From: Klebsormidium nitens
Taxonomy: Eukaryota; Plantae; Klebsormidiophyceae
DNA length: 64,000 nucleotides
Assembly (NCBI GenBank): GCA_000708835.1
Contig: DF237064.1
Coordinates: forward strand, 1 to 64,000
Direction: 5' to 3'
Shown here: positions 23,026-34,400 of the stretch, piece by piece
Layout of the letters: the number at the start of each line of letters is the position of its first letter
Numbering within the stretch: the first letter of the stretch is position 1
The notes under the pieces: model-generated
What the model was told of the DNA's origin: nothing
Databases searched by the model: none
The model's input: the letters and a program-made list of their open reading frames with translations, nothing else
Position numbers and translations under genes: made by a program

Positions 23026-26000
23026 TCACGACTTTGATGCATACCAGGATACTCCATTAAATGGAAGGTGTAAAAGACTTGCACAAATCACCAAGGTCCC
23101 GGCGCAAGGGTATGACGTCTCTAGAAGCACTGCAAACGACGGCGAACGTTAGAGACTGGGACATTTCGTCCATCAGACGAGACTAAGTACAAGCGCTATG
23201 AAGGAAGGTGCACCGCAGATTATTTTCCTCCTAGAGCGAAGACGGAGTTCACGCAGCTGGGGATGCCTGCAGAAAGTTCATCTCGAGGCAGCTTCTTGTC
23301 TTCTTCGTGTGGAAGATGACAATCCTTTTAAGCCCACGCTTCGTGTTGAGCAAGACAGTCTGTGCAGACATGTCCATGCGAAACGACTTTTTACTGTTCT
23401 TATCTAGGTGCCACCTTGATTGAAAGATGGGAGAAATTCCCAAAAAATGGTGGTTGAATTTGTACACCAGGACGACACTCGCATCCAACGGAACCTGAGG
23501 AGCTCCTTGACTCGTTGAACCTGCTCAGCCGAAAAGGAAACCTGCAACGACCTATTTCGACTTGCGACTTGTCTCGAAGCAGTCACGACGAAGGGCTTTC
23601 CAAACCAACGATGGTGGGACGAAATGCAAGGATTAACGCACCTTTTAGGGCCGTGACGTTTGAAGTCAGAACAAAGAAGTCGAGGAGTACGACCATCGCC
23701 CGCTCGAACCTCCAAATCTGGACAGAGAAAAAGAATCAGCTTAGAGAAGATCGGCGGTTGATCGCATGGCTGTTTATCCATTCTGTGCAAGGCCTTACTT
23801 ACAGCTACGGTGGCCTAGAGACAAAAGAGCCAAAGCTTTGACTGGTACTTCGTTTTGACGTTTTTGAGTTACTTGTTTTGAAGTTCACTCCCGGAGCCTC
23901 CGTAGAGTCGGTTGACCAAGACCCGAATGAAACGAAACGGAAAATGCAGATAAAGCAGCCCGGGTTTGCGACACCCTGACGTGGCTAGCAGATATTGACA
24001 TGACAAGAAAAGGCGTACAAGATTCCCGGCGGATGAAGCGTCTCTTTTCTGTATCACACGTTGAAAATATGGAACCACATTTTTTATAACTTGAGAATAC
24101 TGTTGTCCGCTTTCCTTATTGCTGAAAGGACCCTTGACGATGCAAACCACTTTATAGTGACGACTTTAGTTTTTGAGGGGATGCACGCATTCTGGTCTCC
24201 TTCTCGGGCCGTCACTTCCAAATTGCTGATCAATCCCGGGTAATCTTGCCGCAGCACCGACTTAAGGCTGACTTTCCGACAGGCTGACCCTAGCCGCCTG
24301 ATCGACAGGCAAAGGACCATTAGACTGACCACCTCAATTGTGGTAGAGAGCACAACTCAAATTCTGGTGAGGCGGCCAGTTTGACGAGTTGCCAATTGGC
24401 TGGTCGTATCTTTCTGCGGCCATCGTCATTGCAAAAGAAGTTCGTGTAGGGGCACGCAAAAGCGGATCGCTCGCATTATCAAGTCGGGGACAACCGGTTG
24501 AAGACCAGAACAGCTCAAGTGAAAGTTGCAAGAGCCGGGGTTCGAATCCCATTCTGCCTCAGGATTAGCGTGGACAGTGAAAGCGAGAAGAGTTTTTTCA
24601 GTCGCTTATGAGAAAGTGACCGACGAAGACCAGCTCGAACGACACTTCTACAAGGAAGCACGTTCGGGAGAGTCTGGGCACTGACCAGCATAGGAATCGC
24701 GAACAGCTTGAAGAAGCTGGAGACATGGACGGCCAAGAGGACGTCTAACCACCTGCAATCCGGACGACGACTGCGGTTTGCGTTTCTCTTTCTTTCTTAA
24801 CGCAAGAAAATGGGTTTGACTTCTCCAGAGGACACAGGCAACCTCTACGCCGCCGCTTAAGAACGTTGTACATGCAGAGACGATGCTTCAGACCTGTCAA
24901 CTGCGGTGCAAAGCGGCGCAGGACTGCAAGAGGCGGGACGGATCCTGCGGCTAATATGCCTTTGCTCTGGCGAGGCAACAGGGAAAAGCACGACTTACAG
25001 GGCTGGACGATCACGTCAGAACATGCCACTGTAAAAAGTTTTGCCCTCCCTTTGACGTAACGCGTGACGTCACTCAGCGAAGCAGCCACGTAGCTCTTAC
25101 CTGCGCTTCGGAGCCAGCTTCCAGTGGTGGACAAGGAGGAGGATGACTGCGGTGTACGGAAGGGTACCCAGCACGAGCTCCGTTAGGAAACACTGCGCAG
25201 AATGGGTCCAGAAACTCAGTTACAGAAACGGTTGAGCGGGACTCGTGATTGGATGCCGATTTTTGGTCTGAAGCGACTGAAGTGTTACGGCAGTACTGAC
25301 TTCAAACAAGCGGGAAGCGGGCCGGGGACGCGGGCACCTGTTCTTGTATAACAACGATTTTGACCTTCAGAGCTCATGACTCGGATTCAAGTGACATTTC
25401 TCGCCAGACTACACTGCGCACGCGGAAATACGGTTCTCAACCCGCGAAACCCCCAAAGGACACCAAAGACTGTAGATCAATCTTTGCGAAAGAGGAAAGA
25501 GCATGCGAGGTTGCGAGAGCCATGTTGGTGTTCATTCGTTACACGAAGAAAAGTGAGCAAATAGCCGGACCCCATTTATGACGTCGAGGGTACACGTCGT
25601 GTCGAAGCTTCGTATTACATGAGGTTCGCACCGATTAGACTTTCTGCATCTCCCTTCTGCACGCAACTTGGCCTCGAAAGCGTCGCAGACGGCACTTCAT
25701 TGCGCTCTTCAATCAATCGAGCCTTCGGAGTCTCCACCAGGATGTCGCACGCATAAGTCTCAGACTTCATTACGTAAAACCCAATTGGAGGGGTTAGAGA
25801 GGCTGAAAAGTCAATTGCTGGCAAGAGATTATGGGAACCTTTGCGGCCTTTGTACTCGCTTCGCAATCTTCAGTTGGAAGCAGACATGTCCTCACGGCAG
25901 ACGTTTTCCGCACGTTTCCCTCACGGCCACGTATCAGATGGAATGCCTTTGGAGTATGAGATAAGCCGCCTGGTAATCAGAAAGTTTCACAATGCTCTTG

Positions 26001-28107
26001 ACTTACCCGGAAGAAGCTAGACAAAGTTGGCCAGATTGGGCCGTCGAAGATCGTCGTTGCTTTGTGATCATGCAACCACCTCTTTCCTGCAACCAGAAGC
26101 TCGGTAAGAGATTGGTTGAAAGCTCGTTTCAGAGAACAGTTGAGACGAGCAGATTTATAAGACGATATCTGCCCGTAGGTGAAGCGATTATCTAATCAAA
26201 GTGGATACTCGAACAAATAAACGGAGACAACAACAAGGACACCGAGGCGGGCGAAAAGGGATGACTTTGGAAGACGTACACTTGGACTGAGACAACAAAA
26301 CCTCACAAGTGTACTGCTAATGGTAAGTGAAAAGTTTGAGCGAGCGCCTTACAAGGGAGCCGAGAGCACTGTTGAAATGGGCCATGCGCTTCGGTCAGAT
26401 CAGAAGCGCAGCTGACCGAATCCGCTGGTCTCAAGCGGCGTTTCATAACCGTTCTAGCAGCTTCGCAATGAGCTGGCTTGACGCAATCACACAAAAAACT
26501 GCCGACTTCAAGCTGGGACGCATTCTGAGGGGCTGTACATGTCAAAGCTACGAAAGAAAGGTCTAAAAAGTCAGCAAGTTGAGCCAGCCCTCGTTGCTCC
26601 TACAGCTGAAGCGGCCAACTAAAAGCAAAATGTGCTTACCTGAATCAAGGAGGAGGATAGCGATTGTCGACTTCCAGAGGTACCCCTGCAGTCTATAGGA
26701 GAAAACGGCTTACTTGAGGCTTTCTGAGCGCTTTATAGAAGAGGCTTTCAGGGAGGAAACGAAAGACTGCAGACGGCCAGGAAGCAAAGGGTAGCTTATC
26801 CTAGAAAAGGGATGGCACTAAAATTCCTATCCTGGGCAGATCGTCAGCAAGCCGCTCCATCATGCACTTTACTGCACAGAGGTATACGGCATATTCCTCC
26901 AAGAATCGAGCAGGGAGAGGAAGCTGAAACGAGTCAGTTGCCAAAAGTCGGGTTATGCAGCATCCAACTTGTCGTTGACAATCGAGTGTTTGCCCCACAC
27001 CCACCTTCAGGTTTTGCCGGTGCTGAAGAGGGACGTTAAAGAGGAGGTGACGGTATGCTCTCTCCCTATGCAAGACGAGGTCGATCCAGACAACCTGTAA
27101 TAATTTAAAAACTGATTCTGATCTCAGCCATGCGATACCAGAAAAGTCTGCTCTCCAAATCAGTAGGTCAGGGCTCTAAGATTTCGTGTTTGATCTGTTG
27201 CCTCTATAGCCGCTGCACTTGACTCCTGTCTGTGTGGAGCGTCCTTGTTATACCACAAACTTCAGACTATTAATGTCATTAGCAGATGACATTAGAGGCA
27301 ACAAGCAGGGCACTAATAAGATAGTCCTTTTAGTGTCAGCAAGTACTGGGCCATGGTCTGAGCAGGGTAGATCCAAGTGCCAAACACGCACATATATCAC
27401 ACGATCAGCCTGCTTAAATGACGAACACCTTTGTCCCCCTCAAGAAACCAGATGCTACTGCCAACTATAGGGCCAACTTATCACTTCTCAACTTCACAAT
27501 AGAATTGTGATCCTATCATCTATGCTGTTTAAAGCAGTACGTAAAGCCAGCAGCTTGTGATCTTTCAAAGGCTAAAGGGTTTCCTCACTCACCATCATCT
27601 CGTGCTCGACGTACTCGTCAGCATAACAATGGCAGCGGTCCTGCAACAGGGTGTGCAGAGCGGTTGAGCCTTCAATGTTTTGGATTTGTAACAACAATGG
27701 TATTACCTCTGCTTCATTGCCCACCAACGTAGAATAGACTCTAGACTCTCTGACCCTTCGATCTTATCTGCATCTATATCTGCTCAAAATGGTGAGATGG
27801 TGAGGCAAACCTGACACTTTCTATCAAAAGTTTTTAGAGAGCGTTGTTCCGTCAACTTGCTGAATCAGTGTGCTTTGTCTAAGGCCTATTGATACCAGGG
27901 AGCATATTTGACAGATTATATGAAACATTCAATGAACGCATACTGAAAGGATACAACCGCGCCTTGCTCGTTCAGAAGTGTTGCACTGTAAGGGTTGCTT
28001 ACACAGCGTGTGAGCTTGATGTTGCCGGGTGAGTATTCCTGGTAAAGACTGGGGACCACATTGCTGCACTCAATGCATCGAAGAGCGACTGCAGATTCAT
28101 CTGCCAT
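23026..28107 (-). CDS. ARV1: ARV1 family ER sterol/lipid homeostasis membrane protein, 235 aa; exons 28107-28003, 27640-27593, 27094-27005, 26685-26640, 26086-26007, 25192-25101, 24752-24686, 23717-23642, 23129-23026
   Basis: Nine GT-AG exons keep frame from ATG to TGA. They give CIECSNVVPSLYQEYSPGNIKLTRCDRCHCYADEYVEHE, WIDLVLHRERAYRHLLFN, LWKSTIAILLLDS, LLAVHVSSFFKLFAIPMLIWRF and VLTSNVTALKV, all typical Arv1 motifs. Confidence 0.95.
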
Positions 28108-28539
28108 CTTGAGGGAGGGGTTGCTACATATGGCCACACTAATCAAAAGGTCAATATGCCACCAAAGAAGCTCAATGTGGCCACCAGCGCACAAGAAAGT
28201 AGAGCTACCGCATGTAAGCTACTAGATGAAGCATTGCTGAGATGGGTTTGCTGGCAGCACATATGCGGTGGGTTCAGTCGTCAAGTTGAGCATGTCTCCT
28301 GATAGACGGCATGGTGGTTCATTGCTGAATATAGTAGCCAGAGATTTCCGTGTGCCAGCTGCACGCCTCTCTATTTCTAACCGTTTTTCAGCGCTCCCTT
28401 CTCACAGCTCAGATAAGGTTGCGGCTAGACCATTGCAGCTGATCGTTGGCAGCCATCAGCATTGTGATCACCATTACATTCTTGCCCGGCCTGCATCCTT
28501 TTCTGCGCCCATAAGTGAGAAAACAAAACGATAGACTGA

Positions 28540-28760
28540 AGAGATTAGGCCCTAAAACAGAATTTAGGGTTCTCTTTTGGAGATTGACTCCTAGAGCTCT
28601 AGCTGTCTCCCGCGCGCGCACGGCCGGGAACCGTAGGTTCCGACAAGCTGCCGCGAAGGCGGCCGCGATCCCCCCGATACAAACTTGAAAGGCCCAAAGT
28701 CACGGTTCAAAGCCCCAAACCCTTCTACAAAACCGAAGCGCAAATTCAAGTCCGTCCGAT
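28540..28760. promoter_or_regulatory. Putative bidirectional promoter core between divergent ARV1 and UVI4-like genes
   Basis: CpG-rich patch (cgcgcgcgcacggccggg...ggcggccgcg) and telobox-like words (ccctaaa...tttagggtt at ~28550-28570; aaaccct at ~28717) between head-to-head starts at 28107 and 29141. Confidence 0.5.
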
Positions 28761-29140
28761 GCGAAAGGAATCACCACTGATCGTCGATGCTCCCGCAAAC
28801 ATTCGAAATATAAAATTTGATACAAACTTTACCGCTCCAGACTCCCTCCACAGACTTGACTCACAGATCAGTCACAGCAAGTCACAGATGCACAGACTGC
28901 AGCCCAGTCCACACTTTGAGTCCTGCGTCTTCAATCTGCATTTCTTCTTCGTTGCTCACAATCGCCTTTCAAGGATCATTTTGAGAAGAACGTCCTGCAG
29001 GCTGCATCACTTTCAGAACAGGAGGGAAGCACATTTCCACAATTTGGCCGCTTCTGCTTCACAAGCATAGACTTCCAGGTATATCCTTCAGGCGCTTTGC
29101 TTTTTCCCTACACCGCCGTTTGCCGCTCACAGCAGGCAGA

Positions 29141-30235
29141 ATGGACTACACCAACCGCTTCTTCTCCGACGCCGCAGCACAGGAGAGTCCGGCTGAGCAG
29201 ATGCATTTTGCATTCTCCTCCCCAGCATCAAGGTCAACCTCTTCCAATCCAAGCAGCAGCAGTATTTACGAGGATAGAGAAAACATTGATCCAGTCACTC
29301 TGAGATCAGCACTCACCGGCAGGCGGGTTTTGGATCGGGAGGAGCCATCAGTCAGCGGCGCAGGACAACCCCGTCTGGTAGATGCAGAGGGCAACGATCT
29401 TCCACAGTCCAGGAGTCCACTTCCAGAGAACTATCCCAGGGTCCCTCTTCAAGACATCACTGCAGTCCTGGAGCAGGTATGTCACCTAGTGCTTTGGACT
29501 TGTTCTGCTTTACACCCAAGGGGACCAGTACGCCGTCAGAGGCACTCCATTTGTTGCATGCCTTGTTTTCTGCTCCAAGAGGATGGGTTGTCAGTAGATG
29601 GGCAATAAGGAAGGTTTCCGTTGTTGGCTCCTTTTCGGAATCCAGAAGTTTTCACGAGTAGGCTCATAAAGAGATTCATCTTGCGGATTGCTTGCTGATT
29701 GCATGTGAACCAAACTTTGGGATTGATTTTGCACATTTTGTTCTGGCCTGGAAAGTGGTTTGAGTCTTCAGGAGTAAGTGCATTGTAGCAGGATAAAGTT
29801 GGTCAGGAGGCTTGGATTTCGTCTGACCGCATGTGCGGCAAATGTCTGTCGAGTATTTCATCTGTCACCCGTGAGTGCAGCAGGAAGATAGTGGATACAG
29901 CATGACTTTTCTTGCAGTGGCCCAAAAGGATGAAACCAGAATATGGTTGGCAATCATAACAAGAGCAGATTTCTTACCAGCCCTTGCAATTTCTTTTGAT
30001 AGCCATTCTCAGATTCCATTGTCCGTGCTCTTAAATTTCTGCTTCATTTTTGCAGCAAGAGTACGAGAAAGCACGAGCAAAGGTCAAAGCAGCCGCCGTG
30101 GCCAAGTCCTTTGCTCTTGAGGGTATGATGCGGGGAGGGGCGTCGTCAAAAAGCAGCACCAGCAACCAGTCAAAAGCACGCCAACTTTCAATGAGCAACT
30201 CATCAAGAAGCACGCAGCTGCGGAGTCTTCGGTGA
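29141..30235 (+). CDS. UVI4/POLYCHOME-OSD1/GIG1-like APC/C inhibitor, 171 aa; exons 29141-29476, 30056-30235
   Basis: Contains RENIDP, then RSPLPENYPRVPLQDITAVLE (resembles the S-W-Y-P-R-T-P-L-R-D-I-T core of UVI4/OSD1), and ends in LRSLR (resembles the C-terminal MR/IR tail). The intron is GT-AG and phase 0. Confidence 0.7.
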
Positions 30236-30559
30236 CATCGACACTGTAGTGTACGGGACAAACCGATGGTTGAGGCTGCTCTGGTTAACTTATCCCTGCG
30301 TTTCTGACGAAACATGGTTGACCTTCAGGGAACCAGCAGGACCAGGTTGAAGGGCAGGAAAGAAATATTTATTCAAGAGCCCTGTCTGGCTGTAAGACAG
30401 TTAACACGATCACAATGTAATAATTTGATCAAGGTGGTAAGAAGGCAGAACGGTGAAGAGACTCTCCACTTAGGGATTGAGTTGAAAGTGCCTACCGGCC
30501 TAGTGAGGTCAAGCTGCACTGCAAGTACCTTCAACGAGGACCTTCACTTGACGATTAGT

Positions 30560-31400
30560 GGTACACTTGTATGTTTGGTAACGTAACTGAAATCTTTAAG
30601 CGAGAGGCCTGTGCTAACCTTCGAGAGTTTCTAAGTGGGCTCTCGCAATCATCAGGGGTTGTCCAACGTTTTTTTGTTTGATTGAGCATAATGTTCGCAC
30701 GCCTCTGACTATTCTGCAGTGGAATCTGGCACATGCCTTTGCCAAAGCTTATGCTATGGTCACCATCCACTAGTTCTGTGTTCATGGACCAGCGCGCCTG
30801 CTCCCCGTTGCATGGATGGACATCAATCATGTGCATGTCGTTTTGCGCATTGACCATATTGCGAAGTTTCTTGTTTACTTGGTTACCCAACATTGTAAAG
30901 GCCTCGTGATGATGCACTGAGCCATGCTTTCCAGAAGTATCGTTCAAGCATACGTATGATCGGTGACTGTAGTCTGTAGCATTGGTATGAGCTGCGACAT
31001 AAACTTATATTCAATGTGTCACGCAACTGATTCATATGGCGCGATTGATACGTTCAGTGCATGCCATGCAGTCAATACCTGCATGGCGCGCGGCACGCAA
31101 TTTGGCCCGATGGGATGACTCAACAGCTAGGCGACTCTAAGTCCGTTCGATCCACAGACTTCAGAAGCATGGACCGTTTGATCGCGGTCATTTTTGTCAG
31201 ACATGCATCATTCACATTACCATCATTCACATCCGGCCAAATATGACGAGTCTGGCACATATGCGCGCGGGCCAGGGCGGGCAGTACATGCACTGAACAT
31301 ATATTGCTTCAGGCGCGGTTGAGCAGCTTTAAGCAAGTAAGTTACAAAATCTTTGATTGCCACTGCAAATTTGAAAACATGCGAGCCAACCTGACCTTGA
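30560..31400. mobile_element. CpG-decayed intergenic tract, possible transposon relic
   Basis: Same CATG/TGCA-rich composition as 21.4-22.9 kb, lying between convergent 3' ends. No termini found. Confidence 0.25.
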
Positions 31401-31492
31401 TTGATCACAGAAAGTTTTGACAAATTACCTATCGCGGCTCAGTGTTCGACTGGATTCACAAATTATGCTGTTCAATCCCTCCAATGTTCCTA

Positions 31493-34400
31493 CTACTGCG
31501 GCACCTGAAGCCACACAACCTCTTCTTGGTACGCCTCTTTTCCCTTACACGACTTGCCACATGTGTATACCGCTATTGTCCCCCAGTCCAGAGTCTCCGG
31601 GTCGCTGCTATCGACGTGCATGTAGTACAGCAGCTGAGGCAGCACTTGGAACTCAAAGATGCGCTCGCTGCCGCACTCGGGACACGGTGGGATGCCTTTC
31701 TCGGACGGCCGATGGTCGGACGACGGCCACAGCGGCTTTGCGTCCGGTGAGCGGCAGTACCTGCGGGAAGATTGAGTCCTCTGAGAAAGAGAATTTGCGT
31801 CCGAGTGACCAAAGGTGTAAAGAACACCTTGCTAGATAGAGCAACTGTCCCCAGCAATACCAGTGCAGCGACACTTCTCTTGAGAGAGGGTATTATTGGA
31901 CTTAGACCTGTGTCCGGAGAATGACGTCGTAAGGATCGGAACCCTTTCTCGGCGTGTCTTCCAGCGTCACAACTCTTTCCAAGGCGTAATGACATGCCTG
32001 GCTCGATGCCGAAACGCAAAAAGCTAGTGCATCTCCCGGCAAAGGGCATCGCCGAGCCGAGAACAGCACTCTTCCAGGAGGAAAATCAACACTGCCATTT
32101 ACAAATACGCTTCGAAGGCCCAAACTACAAAAACCTCCACACACCTGAAAGAGGGCTGTCCTCCTGCTCTGGTATGCAGGATCAGATGGCAAACCGCCGC
32201 ACAACAGATCCCCTATCTCCGAATCCGAACGACACAATACGAATACCGCACCCGACTTCCAGTCGTCACCTTCGATGCCAAATACTACTATGAATTCTTT
32301 CATCAATCCGGCAGACCTAGACTCGACTGCCAAAAAGCACCCAGTACCGCTCCTGATAACTCCTCAAGTTCACCCTTGACAGAAACTTTTCTCCATCTCG
32401 CTCGAGCAAAAGGGTTAAGAGTACGAATCTCAGTTGAGGCAGCATAAGCGTGGGCTCACCTCAAGACCTGCTCGGGCGCGGCTGCCAGCCGCGCCTCAAA
32501 CGCCGCCCACTGCTTCTTGTCGCCCCCCATATCCCGCATCCCCGCTTCAGCCTCTTCTAAATCCTCCTCGGAAAACTCCCTTTTCTTTTCCACCCGCCGC
32601 CCGTACTGCTCCAGCAACGCGGAAACGTCGCTTAACCCGCTGTTAACCCTTCCGCTAACCCCGGCTTCCGATTCGCCCTGGTAGTCCCCCTCGGATTCGA
32701 CGGCAATTTCGAGCTCCGGCCATAGCTTCGGGTCGAGCGCCCAGGGCTTAACCACAGCGGTTAACTCCGCGGTTCTATCCCCGCCCGTCTCTTCAGTATT
32801 CTGGTTCTTCCCTGCCCCGCCTTCTGAAGCGGACTCAAACTTTTTCTGCGTCTGGCCGGACGGCCCTGCACCGCTGACGTCAGCACCGCTGTGCTGCGAC
32901 TCTGTACTGCCGTCGACGTCACGTTGCCTGCCACTAGCAGAACCGACATCAGCCTGCCTCAGCTGACCGCCCGAACTGGGCCCCAGGTCTTCGCTCCTTA
33001 TCCCAGTCTCTTTGAGCCCCTGTTCGGGGGCCCCCGCGTTCCCATCTGAAGCAGCCCCGCTCTGCCGATCGGTCCCAGCCTCCCAATCTACGGGGCTTGC
33101 AGGAAATCCAGCATCGTCCACGCCAAGCGCCGCAACCCTCTCTGTGACGTCAGCCGTCTCTCGCGTGACGTTATCTGCCCCCGTGCTACTGGCAGCCCCG
33201 CCGTCCCGACTCTCGCTCCGCGCTTCCTGAACCTTCTCCGACTCCGTACTCGCACCGCTCTCCTCCTTCCCTCGGGTTCCATGTTCTTTTATTCTCTCAG
33301 CGTCCCCCCCTTGACCCATCTCCTCTCGGGTACTGATTCCTGCGCTCTCTATCCCAGCTCTCGGGTCTACTTCCGAGCTGGTCCCTAAAGAGGCCGCTTC
33401 CTGAGAACCGCTCGCAGCAGGCCCCTGGACAGCTTCCGTCGAACACCTCGCAACTGTGTCCCGCTTACCCAACGGTTCAGCGTTCCTTGACCGCGTTTCT
33501 TCAGCGGCGTTGGACGCTTCGGACGGCCCCGCCTGTGCGTCTGCCCGGTCGCTTACGGACGGCGCACGCTTGTCCAGCCGCTTGCACGCCACTGAGTGAC
33601 CGGCCCTCCAGTGCTCGACCTGGGGAGACGGGAGGAGCCGCCGTTCAGTGCAGTGGATGCTTGGGATTGATCTTGTCACGTTTTGGTGTCAAGAAGGCTT
33701 ACATTCCGTTACTCAATCGAGATCCGTTGACAGTCCATTCTGTGAACTGCCAGAAAGGGAACTGAGTATTCTGGAATCTCTTTGCAGAAAACAGATCTCT
33801 TTCTGGCCAGAAATGTATTGGAGTGAGGCACTTTTCGAGCCGCCAAAGCAGAAACAACGTCCAATGACTCTTCTGAGAACACGGAGAAACCATGGACGAA
33901 ATTCGTGCACAAGAGTCGTGCCAAATACCTGGTGGTCTTTGGAGCAGTAGGAATGATCCCGGCACCCCCCGCAGCGCTTGTTCGCCTCCCAGGCTCCGCA
34001 CCAGTCGCACAGGGGGGCGGCGGGGCCGGCCGGGGGGAGAGTCCCGGGCTTGGCCGGCTGGAACGAGTAGAAGGGGTTGGAGCGTGGAAGCTGGCACCGG
34101 AAAACCCGGACACTGCAGCAGAGAAGGGGAAAAGAATCTGGTGTCAACAAGATGGAACAGAGGGACGAGTGGAAGGGGATGGAGCGTGGAAGCTGGCAAT
34201 CGGAAAACAGGACAGTGCAAAATAGAAGGAGACAAGGATTCGGTGTCATCAAGCTGGAACGGAGGGACGAGTGGAAGGGGTTGGAGCGCAGAAGCTGGCA
34301 CCGGAAGACCCGGATACTGCAGCCGGAGAGGGAAAGTGAGATTCGGCGTCATACGGTTTGGGGAAACTGGCTCAAGAAGATATGATACATGGGGCATTGA

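Noticed and set aside
23200-26600. Stop-poor plus-strand frames with C/H motifs suggesting a Mutator-like transposase relic
   Set aside because: The region is fully explained as ARV1 exons and introns on the minus strand; no intact DDE motif.
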